From the IMG/VR virus record IMGVR_UViG_3300015050_001305: a stretch of DNA of 64,000 nt, one strand, 5' to 3'. The translations under genes were made by a program, and so were the position numbers. The notes beneath the pieces are model-generated. The model saw only the letters and a list, made by a program, of their open reading frames with translations. It was not told the origin of the DNA and did not search any database. This document shows positions 47,932 through 57,130 of this stretch, in pieces. The stretch comes from an uncultured virus (IMG/VR IMGVR_UViG_3300015050_001305). Taxonomy: Duplodnaviria; Heunggongvirae; Uroviricota; Caudoviricetes. Positions within the stretch are counted from its first letter, which is position 1. Each line of letters starts with the position of its first letter.

Positions 47932-48384
47932 ATGCAACATCCTTTAGTTTTAGAGTGGATTGATAATGCCGACGGCACGCATACCGCAGGCGATTACTAT
48001 CTTGAAAGAATGGTCAATGAGCTATATGGCATTAGCTGGATTGCCTGGAGTCTTAAAGAAAAAAATGTGATCGGCGAAGCCACGCATTTAGAGCAGATGA
48101 AGTCCATCTGCTGGAATCATGCACAGCTGGTCGTCAACGCCAAGCCGATGAGGCCGCTCAGCTTTGTCATGGTAGATGAGGCGACGCAACTGATGGTAGC
48201 CTATCGTGCCTTTTTGGCTTTTACGTATAAGACGTTGACGGATGGGAAGTTCCTTGCCCGCATGAGCATTACTTCGGAATTATCTGTACTGAAATCTGTC
48301 ACATTGGGAACAGCTGAGGCTTGCGAGGCCTGGGCGAATGAACAGCTAACGGCCATGACTAACGATCTGCTGGGCCACGGTTAA
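47932..48384 (+). CDS. Hypothetical protein
   Basis: ORF track. Confidence 0.7.
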   Translation: MQHPLVLEWIDNADGTHTAGDYYLERMVNELYGISWIAWSLKEKNVIGEATHLEQMKSICWNHAQLVVNAKPMRPLSFVMVDEATQLMVAYRAFLAFTYKTLTDGKFLARMSITSELSVLKSVTLGTAEACEAWANEQLTAMTNDLLGHG

Positions 48385-48420
48385 GCTGAAAGTTTGCGGG
48401 GCTTGAATTGTAGTAACACT

Positions 48421-48900
48421 ATGAGATCTGACTTTATTCGAAGCATCAATGTTTGCAATCCGCATCAGCGCGAAACAGCGGCCAATTTCTGCAATGCCAT
48501 GGCAGCTATCCTGGAATCCGACATGCCCATCATCGATCCCGAGCTGTACAGACATCCTGAAGACCACTTCGTGTCTCAGCTCATCCATACGTTGGATTAC
48601 CGCGTAAAGGAAATTTATCCCAGTGAAGACCGGGCGACGCAATGGCTGATCGCCGAAGTCACCATTCGAGATACGCTGTCTGAATGGCAAATGGATCAAG
48701 GCACAAATGTCATCTATTTCCCCGCAGCCGAACCGAACTGCCGTGGCTATCAAGCCATTACGCTTTGCACTCAATTTTTTCATACTCAACAATGGTGTAC
48801 GAATATTGATATTTACGATGCCATCTCGGGCCTCGTCGGCGAGCGTGCGAATCGCGCCATCTGCGTCCCTATGGCAGATCTGGCAGTGGAGTTAAAATGA
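48421..48900 (+). CDS. Protein with divergent AEAEA-family N-terminal domain
   Basis: RETAANFCNAMAA...WLIAEV; promoter motif. Confidence 0.7.
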   Translation: MRSDFIRSINVCNPHQRETAANFCNAMAAILESDMPIIDPELYRHPEDHFVSQLIHTLDYRVKEIYPSEDRATQWLIAEVTIRDTLSEWQMDQGTNVIYFPAAEPNCRGYQAITLCTQFFHTQQWCTNIDIYDAISGLVGERANRAICVPMADLAVELK

Positions 48901-49160
48901 AATATCCACGCGCCATGACCGAAGAAGCGCAAGCCCTCCATCAGCGCTGGCTAGCTCAAGACGTATACGAAATGGCTGTGGGCGTAGGTAGTATTGCTCA
49001 ACAATGCCACTTCAGTCGCGAGGCTTCGAAGCAGGTCCGCCGTTTCATAAAAGGTCACTGTGTTACTTGCGGGCTTGAACGGGTAGCGAGCAGCGATGCT
49101 TATGGTCTTTTTGCTGGCCTTTTTTGTACAGCAGCCTGTCCTGGCCATGAACCGCTCTGA
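48897..49160 (+). CDS. Hypothetical Cys-rich protein
   Basis: ORF track. Confidence 0.6.
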   Translation: MKYPRAMTEEAQALHQRWLAQDVYEMAVGVGSIAQQCHFSREASKQVRRFIKGHCVTCGLERVASSDAYGLFAGLFCTAACPGHEPL

Positions 49161-49215
49161 TCCTGCTTGATCTTTTCCCTCTTCCGAAAGTTACAGTTGG
49201 ATATGGAGTAATGAA

Positions 49216-49476
49216 ATGAACAAAGCACCAAAGAGCAAAAAGAGAACAAAGCGCGTCCGCGAGCAAGCGGCGATTTATTGCAGCGTCATGGCTTGCTGGT
49301 TTGGACAGTATTATACACCTATCCCACAGGATCAGTTTCCCGATGACGTTTTAGAACTTGGAGAGTCCGCATTCTATTTCGTCACATCCGGCATAAGCAT
49401 GGCTAGGTCTTTGCATGTTGGTGCGGCCGAATGGGCTGAAGCTGAGGCGCTGCTACGGACAGGCTGGAGACCATGA
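49216..49476 (+). CDS. AEAEA-GWxP family protein
   Basis: REQAAIYCSVMACWF...WAEAEALLRTGWRP. Confidence 0.85.
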   Translation: MNKAPKSKKRTKRVREQAAIYCSVMACWFGQYYTPIPQDQFPDDVLELGESAFYFVTSGISMARSLHVGAAEWAEAEALLRTGWRP

Positions 49477-50081
49477 TTGCTAATCTGAATAAATACGGCT
49501 CAATCGCAATTCCACGCGACCTACTGCGACGAATCATGCCTGAAGCGTTGCCTTTGATGGTACTTAGCACTGGTGGGCATTATGTTTTTGACAGACGTGC
49601 GAATCTCGCAATCGCGTGCGCGCTTTTTGCCAAATTAGATTCAACACAATTTGTAACTTGCTGTCTTGAGTCAATGCGGCGACGCGACAACGTCGACTTG
49701 ACCGACAAAGAGGAGGAGCATCGCAGCAAAGTATTCGAAGCTGTTGGCGCTTGGCTATCTGAGGTTGCAATTCTTGGTGTTGCCGATTCGCTGGCGCATG
49801 TGTGGAACCTGGCCTCGCTAGAAGAAGACGCACGATTTTCGGCCTACGGAGAATTTCTCGCGAGCGATGAAAGCGTCACTTCGTATCACAGGATCCGCCA
49901 TCAAGTCGTTGAACTCGGTCTTTTGCCAAGCGCAATTAGTCAAGCCCGTGAAAAGTGCAGAGACATTTATTGGATTCACATTGGCGGCAGTGGTGCGCAG
50001 ATAATCGGGCACGACGACGAGGCAATAAAACATTGCATGACGACGTTATTGGTGGAGCTGAATAAATCTATTATCGAATGA
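49473..50081 (+). CDS. Hypothetical protein
   Basis: ORF track; ATGA coupling. Confidence 0.65.
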   Translation: MIANLNKYGSIAIPRDLLRRIMPEALPLMVLSTGGHYVFDRRANLAIACALFAKLDSTQFVTCCLESMRRRDNVDLTDKEEEHRSKVFEAVGAWLSEVAILGVADSLAHVWNLASLEEDARFSAYGEFLASDESVTSYHRIRHQVVELGLLPSAISQAREKCRDIYWIHIGGSGAQIIGHDDEAIKHCMTTLLVELNKSIIE

Positions 50082-50138
50082 GGCGAGATTTAGCTAGTCA
50101 AGCTGAAAGATTTTATCGCCTCAGCTGTAGTTAGCTTT

Positions 50139-50801
50139 ATGACGAGCAGAACAACTGAACACAAGGGCTGCAAAATGATAGCGAAAACAAACCATCAGCC
50201 GCGCGAGTGGTGGGTATGTAGTGAATGCAAGATTCTGATCGACGATAATCGATTAACTAAACCACTTTGCGACAATCACGGTCACGCCGAGCACAATCCA
50301 AATCCATCAACAGTTACACGCGTACGCGAAGTGTTTGAGCCTGAAAGCCAGGGCCGAGAAGTGAGCGAAATCCTTTTACGCGACGCGGTGCTGCGCGAAG
50401 ACTTCCCGGCGCTATGCCGCCGCGAACTAGATTACTGGCATCAGGAAAAGTGCGCCGACAACGACAACGCTGCGGTCTGCCTCGCGATGCTGCAACACAT
50501 CAACGGAGGTCTGCACCACCTATACTCGATCAAAATCGAAGACAGGATGGTTCAGTGTCTCATGCACGGATCGGTTGCAACCTTCGACTATGCGCAGCTA
50601 ACGCAGATCACTTTGATGGCCCATGCGTACTGCGTTCGCGTTGACGTATCCGCTGGTGGCCCAGGAATGACACGCATTCAAGCCTGGCGGCGCAAACCGG
50701 GTGAGGGTCGCATGCATGCTCGACATCCGAGCCTAGACGAACTCAAAACTCGCATCGATCAAATACTAGAATGGAAAATGAAAGCAGGCGAACATGAGTG
50801 A
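50139..50801 (+). CDS. Hypothetical phage protein
   Basis: Promoter motif; ATFDYAQLT...AHAYCVRV. Confidence 0.75.
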   Translation: MTSRTTEHKGCKMIAKTNHQPREWWVCSECKILIDDNRLTKPLCDNHGHAEHNPNPSTVTRVREVFEPESQGREVSEILLRDAVLREDFPALCRRELDYWHQEKCADNDNAAVCLAMLQHINGGLHHLYSIKIEDRMVQCLMHGSVATFDYAQLTQITLMAHAYCVRVDVSAGGPGMTRIQAWRRKPGEGRMHARHPSLDELKTRIDQILEWKMKAGEHE

Positions 50802-51420
50802 ACGTCCCATCTTATTCTCAGCTCCAATGGTCCGCGCGATTCTCGCCGGTGCCAAAACTCAGACGCGGCGCATCGTGAAGCCTGCTGGTAAAAACGAAAG
50901 CTTCGCGATGCTCGACCATGGCGATGGCTGGCGTCCTTGGCGCAGCGACGACGGCGAAAGCCATGTGCTGAACGATGGCAATGAGATCGAAATTGCATGC
51001 CCCTACGGCCAGCCAGGCGATCAACTGTGGGCGCGCGAGACGTGGCAACTTTTTGATCCATACGAAGATCCGATTCCGGCGCACCGCTTCGGTCCGTCAG
51101 CGCCATATCAGGGATGCTCTGGTGACCGGTCAATTGAATGGCGCGTTTGCTATCGAGCTGATGGCGAGCTTGACCATCCTGGTGATGGCAAAGCAAACTG
51201 GCGTCCGTCTATCCACATGCCGCGCTGGGCATCGCGCATCAACCTAACGAATAAAATCATCCGCTGTGAGCAACTGCAAGACATCAGCGAGGCCGACGCG
51301 AAGGCGGAAGGTGTCGCATCAGTTGCCGAATACAACCAACTTTGGAATAACATCAACGGCACCGACGCATGGGACAAAAACCCTTGGATCTGGGTTATTG
51401 ATTATGGAGTCACGAAATGA
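50794..51420 (+). CDS. ASCH-like phage protein
   Basis: ERPILFSAPMVRAILAGAKTQTRR...CPYG.PGD.LW.RE...WRPSIHMPRWASRI. Confidence 0.85.
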   Translation: MSERPILFSAPMVRAILAGAKTQTRRIVKPAGKNESFAMLDHGDGWRPWRSDDGESHVLNDGNEIEIACPYGQPGDQLWARETWQLFDPYEDPIPAHRFGPSAPYQGCSGDRSIEWRVCYRADGELDHPGDGKANWRPSIHMPRWASRINLTNKIIRCEQLQDISEADAKAEGVASVAEYNQLWNNINGTDAWDKNPWIWVIDYGVTK

Positions 51421-51824
51421 ACAAAGCACGAAAACTATTGCAGCCGTTGATTGATGCGCTGGCCAAACCTACCAAGGTGAAACTGATCGGACGAGGAAGC
51501 CATCAAGCTGGATTCTTCGACGGGCTCAACGCAGCACAAGACGCCCTATCCACCCTCTCAGACGACATCACGCTCGCCGACGTGCCGACATTGGAGTGGG
51601 CAGACACATGGGGGTTTCAGTATTCGAAGTATACACATGGAGAATACGTGGTCAAAGAAACGGTAAACGATGATGGACCTGCCCACGTAATTCAACTTAC
51701 GCATAAAGGGGAATCACTTGGATACTGGGGCAGCGCGATAAAGGCTAAACGCTACGTCGAAATCCGCATCCACCTCGCCAGCTATGAACGCGCACTGCTT
51801 GCAGAATTGGCGGGTGGGGAGTGA
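51417..51824 (+). CDS. Hypothetical protein, paralogue of 5920-6330
   Basis: MNKARKLLQPLID...LADVPTLEW. Confidence 0.75.
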   Translation: MNKARKLLQPLIDALAKPTKVKLIGRGSHQAGFFDGLNAAQDALSTLSDDITLADVPTLEWADTWGFQYSKYTHGEYVVKETVNDDGPAHVIQLTHKGESLGYWGSAIKAKRYVEIRIHLASYERALLAELAGGE

Positions 51825-52102
51825 GAATAACCGACGTAGTGATAGGCGAACACTACCGACACGTAAGCAGCCCGTATAAATATTGGGCGAGAGCTGTGCG
51901 GGTGCTGAAGCCTGGTGATGGACCAAACAACACATCACGTACCATAATTGAGTGTGAGTGGTCGGAAAATAAACAATCCGACACAGGGGTTAGCTTCGGA
52001 CTAGTACAGTACTTCCGCGCATCACATTTGCAAAAACCAAAAACAACCAAACGAAACGCAGGCATCAAAGCCCTCAAGGCAGAATTGGCGGGTGGAAAGT
52101 GA
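51821..52102 (+). CDS. Hypothetical protein
   Basis: Shares the C-terminal AELAGG tail (DNA repeat GCAGAATTGGCGGGTGG) with the upstream gene. Confidence 0.65.
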   Translation: MRITDVVIGEHYRHVSSPYKYWARAVRVLKPGDGPNNTSRTIIECEWSENKQSDTGVSFGLVQYFRASHLQKPKTTKRNAGIKALKAELAGGK

Positions 52103-52178
52103 ATAACAAAACAGTCATGCACGAAGGGGTCGCGTATTGCAAGGCTGCTGCCGCTTATGGTTAATTTTGAATCAAAAT

Positions 52179-52508
52179 ATGAGTAAAAAAAACAAAGCAA
52201 CAAAGCCTCCAACTCAGCGTTATTGGATTTCCTGGTATCAGGCTGGCGATGACTATCGTCCGCTCAGCTGGCCTCCGCCGCCGCATTTCATCGGTTATTG
52301 GTGCAGTGGCTATAGCGACGACAGTGCGACGCTCTGTCTCTGGATTGAGCAGACCAGCGAAGCTGCAGCCTGGGCCGATGTCGAGCAACATTGGTCCCCT
52401 GGTGTTGGCAAGCGACGATTCAGCAACGTCTGTGAACCTGATTTTGTGCCAGGCGACCGCTTTCCGCGTTGCGAATGGTCAACCCTAGATGAGCGAAAGC
52501 CGTCATGA
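52179..52508 (+). CDS. Hypothetical Trp-rich phage protein
   Basis: DDYRPLSWPP...YWCSG...PGDRFP. Confidence 0.75.
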   Translation: MSKKNKATKPPTQRYWISWYQAGDDYRPLSWPPPPHFIGYWCSGYSDDSATLCLWIEQTSEAAAWADVEQHWSPGVGKRRFSNVCEPDFVPGDRFPRCEWSTLDERKPS

Positions 52509-52822
52509 GCAACTTTCATTGCCAAGGGTGTCATTGCTTTCCGTCGTGTGAGGTTGTGCATGGAGATCCATGCTGTCAGGGCGTGCCACTGATGAAGCCA
52601 TGGTGCTGGGCAATGATCAACATCACCTCAGCGCACCCTTCTTATGTCGAAAATAATTTCAGCGCCTATATCTATTTCGACACAATCGACTGGCGCATCA
52701 TGATGGATGATAGCCAGATTGAAGGTTCCTTCCAGACGCCCAATGACGCCAAGGAATTTTGCGAGGCTTTGGTCAAGGAGCGCATTAGGCGATATCTGCC
52801 TGCAGGCAAAACAGGCTGCTAA
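52505..52822 (+). CDS. Hypothetical protein
   Basis: ORF track. Confidence 0.55.
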   Translation: MSNFHCQGCHCFPSCEVVHGDPCCQGVPLMKPWCWAMINITSAHPSYVENNFSAYIYFDTIDWRIMMDDSQIEGSFQTPNDAKEFCEALVKERIRRYLPAGKTGC

Positions 52823-52924
52823 GCTCGAATTGTCGTAATTCGTGAAAGCTTTGCCGGGTTCAGTTGTAGTCATTGTAGCTGCTTGTGCAGTTGACCTTCG
52901 AAAATCAATAACAAGGATAATGCC

Positions 52925-53194
52925 ATGAATAATAAACCCGCCGCCGTGGATTTTCGCATTACGCGCGAAGTCGACCTAATCCTGGTCGCCTGGGCACCAG
53001 GCTGGCATCCAATTGAAGTGGATTTTGACCTTTCAGGTAAGCCTTTTATTGTCACCGACTCAGAATATTGCCAACCTGGCGTATCGGGCTTGCCGGCCAA
53101 TGTGGCATATGAATTAAGCAGCGACGAAGCAGATCGTCGGGCTGAACTACAACAAGGCGAAGCCTGGCAACGCCCTTTCGCGGATAATCACTAA
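52925..53194 (+). CDS. Hypothetical protein
   Basis: Promoter motif plus Shine-Dalgarno. Confidence 0.65.
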   Translation: MNNKPAAVDFRITREVDLILVAWAPGWHPIEVDFDLSGKPFIVTDSEYCQPGVSGLPANVAYELSSDEADRRAELQQGEAWQRPFADNH

Positions 53195-53324
53195 TGACTA
53201 AAAATGCAGTTGGAGACATCATGACCAAGCACAAAGATCCATATCGCCACGAGCTTTTGGCGTTCGCTGCCGCGTACATCGGCGCTGTCTTATTGGGAAT
53301 AGCAATTCTAGTGCGTGTGGGACT

Positions 53325-53534
53325 ATGACCAAAATCCCCCCACGCGTCCGCTTAGCTGACGAGCTGAAACTAGCCCGCGCAATTGCCACTGTCGAAACAG
53401 CGAAGCGTTCGCCGTATGCCAAAGCGTTTCGCATCCTGCGTGGCATCCGCGATGATGAAACGTACGACGACGCATTCAATGTGATTTACGAATGGGGTTC
53501 AGAGACGGGCGTCCTGAACGAGGTAGACGAATGA
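53325..53534 (+). CDS. Hypothetical protein
   Basis: ORF track. Confidence 0.6.
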   Translation: MTKIPPRVRLADELKLARAIATVETAKRSPYAKAFRILRGIRDDETYDDAFNVIYEWGSETGVLNEVDE

Positions 53535-53776
53535 ACGATAGAACACCAATAAGCAATGCCTCTGCGTTGGCAATTGCATACATTACGGCTTTAAACTACG
53601 GCTATGTTGAAGACGACCAGCTTATCTCTGTGCTTGGCAAACCAGCTAAGGATCTGGCGCATCAAGCATGGCATCACATGAATGGCCTAGGCGAAGGTGT
53701 TCATGTGAGGCACATATGGAACCTGGCTATAAGACTGCTCCATGACGGATGGTCCCCCGTGCCACGTCACGACTAA
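53531..53776 (+). CDS. Hypothetical protein with divergent GWxP-family tail
   Basis: WNLAIRLLHDGWSP. Confidence 0.6.
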   Translation: MNDRTPISNASALAIAYITALNYGYVEDDQLISVLGKPAKDLAHQAWHHMNGLGEGVHVRHIWNLAIRLLHDGWSPVPRHD

Positions 53777-53833
53777 GACCTCACAATTTATGAAAGTATT
53801 TGCAGTGACAACTGTAGGTAACGTTAAGCACCT

Positions 53834-54304
53834 ATGAATGAAATCAAACCATATCCCGCCATCTTCTACGGCATGCGTTGGAAATACGACCCAGCCCTCT
53901 GGGCGCTGGCGGACAGTTCATCGCCTCAAGGCTGGCGAGCCATCTATGCTCGCGCCCATGGTATTAACCCGCCCAAAGGTCAAATGCCTGTACATCATGA
54001 GATAATTCAGACGAGCGAAGAAAAAGATTTCGTGAAGGGTTATGAGCATTTTGCGTTCGCGCAGCAAAAAGCAATCAGCAAATCTGGCTGCGAAGTCTAT
54101 CGCCATCATCGGACGCGCGAAATTTTTATAATCATGACGGTTTCAATTACGGAGAGCGATTCCGATACCAGCCATTCGCTTGGTCGTTCTGTTCTTCAAT
54201 TTGATCGCGAAAACAATTGGAATAACCAACTACATGAAATGGCTCGAATCTTAGGCTTTCCGCTAGATCGTCAGTCCTTTGATTGGTGGCTGATTCATGC
54301 GTAA
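53834..54304 (+). CDS. Hypothetical protein
   Basis: Promoter motif at 53792. Confidence 0.65.
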   Translation: MNEIKPYPAIFYGMRWKYDPALWALADSSSPQGWRAIYARAHGINPPKGQMPVHHEIIQTSEEKDFVKGYEHFAFAQQKAISKSGCEVYRHHRTREIFIIMTVSITESDSDTSHSLGRSVLQFDRENNWNNQLHEMARILGFPLDRQSFDWWLIHA

Positions 54305-54527
54305 AATCGACCCACTCGTAATCGCAGAGTTCGAGGCCAGGTTGCATTGGCTACAGCGCGAGAATGAATTATTGCGCACCTCTGCAAGAGCCGAAGTAAT
54401 TAAGGAGATTGCCTCGTATTTCGACATGGTTGCTGAGAATAAGGTTTGGCCGGTGCCAGCCATTGTCGCAACCTATGCCGAATCTTTTGCGCAAACAATT
54501 CGAGCCGGCAAAGCCAAGGTAAAGTGA
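54297..54527 (+). CDS. Hypothetical protein
   Basis: ORF track. Confidence 0.6.
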   Translation: MRKIDPLVIAEFEARLHWLQRENELLRTSARAEVIKEIASYFDMVAENKVWPVPAIVATYAESFAQTIRAGKAKVK

Positions 54528-54530
54528 AAT

Positions 54531-55031
54531 ATGAATGCTAATGAAGTCTATAAGTTAAAACCAATTTCCGTAAATTCTGATTTGTGGGATATCGTATCCC
54601 ACTTAGACGAGTTGACCCATGTCCGCTTACCCGACGTAGACCCCGCAGGTCGCATCACCCTGCACACGTATACCTATTTTGATTTCGATGGCCGTAGGAC
54701 ATGGTGTCTCAAAGGTCTTTATTTCGATGACCAACCTTGCGCAATCTTTCAAAGTGCAGGCAGGGAAGGCGATGACCATCGGGCTCATTTCATCACCAAT
54801 AGGCAAGTTTTTATCATGGCCATGGCTTATCTGGAGACGCTAAACGCGAATGGATATCAATTCGATGTCATCGACCCAGAGGTTGACATGCCTGAATTAA
54901 CTAATTTCTACGGTTGCGAGCTTGTCGATATTCTGGCTATGGTTGCAATCCAAGATGCAAAATACAAAGCCAGGTATGCAGCTCTTGAAGAGGAAAAAGC
55001 CGGCGATGCAGTCATCGTTAATGAAGCTTAG
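54531..55031 (+). CDS. Hypothetical phage protein
   Basis: FDGRRTW...QSAGREGDDH...FITN. Confidence 0.75.
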   Translation: MNANEVYKLKPISVNSDLWDIVSHLDELTHVRLPDVDPAGRITLHTYTYFDFDGRRTWCLKGLYFDDQPCAIFQSAGREGDDHRAHFITNRQVFIMAMAYLETLNANGYQFDVIDPEVDMPELTNFYGCELVDILAMVAIQDAKYKARYAALEEEKAGDAVIVNEA

Positions 55032-55230
55032 GATCTATTGGAGCAAGCGCGAAAAAGCGCTGCTCTACAACGGCCCTAAACAAACGGGTGGATTATTGGC
55101 TAGCCTGTTTGAGCAGCACCGAAACAATGATGGCAGAACGTTGGCGCAGGAACTTGAGTCACGGGGCTATGATTTGACCACGTTACGTTTTACGATTAAA
55201 CACAAGACCCAGTTGGAATCCGACGCATGA
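55021..55230 (+). CDS. Hypothetical phage protein
   Basis: ELESRGYDLTTLRFTI. Confidence 0.7.
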   Translation: MKLRIYWSKREKALLYNGPKQTGGLLASLFEQHRNNDGRTLAQELESRGYDLTTLRFTIKHKTQLESDA

Positions 55231-55739
55231 AGACCTTGTTTATCGAAATTGATGGCGTGATGGCGAATTTGCTTGATGCGATCAAGGCACTATCGGACCC
55301 GGCTGCACCTAGCTTGCAGATGGCGGATATCAAGGATGATGAAGCCTGGGCAGATCTAAACGTTCAGCGCCATCGTGATTTCTTTCTGAAATTACGATTC
55401 TTGCCATTCGCCAAAGCATCCGTGAGTGAGCTAGCTAAACATTTCCGCATCTACTGGATTGTCAAGCCTGTTAGGAAAATGCCTCAATCGTATGCCGACA
55501 AGGTTGATTGGGTTACGGGACACTTCGGCCAAGCCGCCGCCAAGAATGTCATTCTAACGTGGCAACCTCATTTGATTACTGGCGATTATCTGCTGACTGC
55601 CCAGCCCTTAACCGACGTTACCGCCTTTCACCACGTCATTGCCCATACGACCTGGCCGGGTACCTTACGGGAAATCGAAAAGCACGAAGGCATCTCGCTC
55701 TTTGAGCCTATTATGGCTCAGCTCTATTATAAGGATTAA
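55227..55739 (+). CDS. 5'(3')-deoxyribonucleotidase (NT5C, HAD)-like protein with degenerate catalytic motifs
   Basis: LFIEIDGVMAN, FFLKLRFLPFA, KVDWVTGHFG, ITGDYLL. Confidence 0.75.
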   Translation: MKTLFIEIDGVMANLLDAIKALSDPAAPSLQMADIKDDEAWADLNVQRHRDFFLKLRFLPFAKASVSELAKHFRIYWIVKPVRKMPQSYADKVDWVTGHFGQAAAKNVILTWQPHLITGDYLLTAQPLTDVTAFHHVIAHTTWPGTLREIEKHEGISLFEPIMAQLYYKD

Positions 55740-56141
55740 ACCAGATGGAAGAATCATGCACCTGCGCGCCAACCGAATCACGCGGACGCGGCACCCCAGA
55801 TCGTACCACCCCTAGCTTCTGCGCGGCTTGCTTGCAACGCTTGGAACGAATGGCGAATGCCCCAAGGGAAACCAGATCCACGCATCCGGACTTTCGCCCC
55901 GTCGACAAGCAGGTGGCGTGGAGTCCGTATCCTGCGTAGTACTATGAAGTATGAATTGGTAGGATACTAATAAAAAAAAATTCGTGGGAGAAGATAAAGG
56001 ACATGCTGGCCGCCAGGCCGCGATTGTAGCGGCAGCTCAAGCTGTCGTGCGCTGCTATCGGCAACCTGGCAACATCGCAACCAGATCTTTCGTTGACGCT
56101 CTATTGACGCTGATTCGCACTGTCGAAGAATGCAATAAATT

Positions 56142-56384
56142 ATGAAATTACCATTGTTTACATGTGAAGGCTTTGAGATTGAATCCAAGCCCTTGGTTAT
56201 GGATTTACCCCATCGAGACGGCGACGATACTTCGACAGCTGAGCCAAGCCACTATGAATGCGTCGCTTGCCATAAAACCTTCGAAGGTCAACTAGCTGGC
56301 AATAAATACACGATAATACTTTGCACTTCATGCCAGCGCCACGCACTGGAAAAGTCAGTAAGGGAAATGTTTCCTAAATCATGA
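56142..56384 (+). CDS. Zn-finger protein
   Basis: YECVAC...LCTSC. Confidence 0.7.
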   Translation: MKLPLFTCEGFEIESKPLVMDLPHRDGDDTSTAEPSHYECVACHKTFEGQLAGNKYTIILCTSCQRHALEKSVREMFPKS

Positions 56385-56644
56385 AAACACCAAATCGACT
56401 CAAGGCGAAGCCGACCGCCTTTGCCATTGCCCGACGCTACCTGGCAGGCGAAGATATTGCGGCGGCGCATTATGCTGCAGCCGACTATTACGAGTGCGTT
56501 GCCTGCTTCGAGACGCTGAGCTGTGACGCCGAAGCCGACCCACCTATTTTCTGCCACGCATGCACCCGGCTCGCCTTGGATGTCATGTCCCAGGAGATTA
56601 TCGCTCTTGCTCGCAAACGGCGGGCTGCAAACCTTAAAGGATAA
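56381..56644 (+). CDS. Zn-finger protein, paralogue of the previous gene
   Basis: YECVAC...FCHAC. Confidence 0.7.
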   Translation: MKTPNRLKAKPTAFAIARRYLAGEDIAAAHYAAADYYECVACFETLSCDAEADPPIFCHACTRLALDVMSQEIIALARKRRAANLKG

Positions 56645-56649
56645 CCAAA

Positions 56650-57066
56650 ATGAAATTAACTGAGATTCTAAAAGAATACGACCCGCCTAACAATCTTAGG
56701 ATAAAACGTCAGGTTTGGGGCGAATACTACGTCAACGTTCATCAACACCTGCTGCTTGATAGCAAAGGTAGCAGTGCATGGCTAAGCGCTGTAGATGTCA
56801 ACGCAGATGATTGGATTATGGTCAAGGAACCCTTATTGTCCTCGCTGGCGAATCTTTTGCTGAAGCATGAAACAACTCGCCTACCTATCTTTAAGCGGGC
56901 AGGCTGGAATTCACCCCATGAGAATGCAGCTGCTATTGACGAGGAGGGAGACCTGCTCTTGATGAAAGACGGCGTGGTCACAGATGACCCATTTAGAATG
57001 ACGGTGATGGACATCATGGCAGATGACTGGTTCTATGCTGGGAAGCATAGAACCAGAACCGGATGA
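56650..57066 (+). CDS. Tandem DUF2829 (Tad2-like) domain protein
   Basis: KRQVW...DVNADDW and KRAGWN...DIMADDW. Confidence 0.55.
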   Translation: MKLTEILKEYDPPNNLRIKRQVWGEYYVNVHQHLLLDSKGSSAWLSAVDVNADDWIMVKEPLLSSLANLLLKHETTRLPIFKRAGWNSPHENAAAIDEEGDLLLMKDGVVTDDPFRMTVMDIMADDWFYAGKHRTRTG

Positions 57067-57130
57067 ATAATTCGCAATCAGAATCAGGCTTGCTTGCAAA
57101 TATTTTCCAGATGGAATGTAGTCTATTTTT

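Noticed and set aside
46329..48900. cas genes flanking the mini-array
   Set aside because: Neighbouring ORFs are 66-160 aa with no recognisable Cas1, Cas3, Csy or Cas6f motifs. The 57131 helicase has SNF2 motifs and no HD domain.
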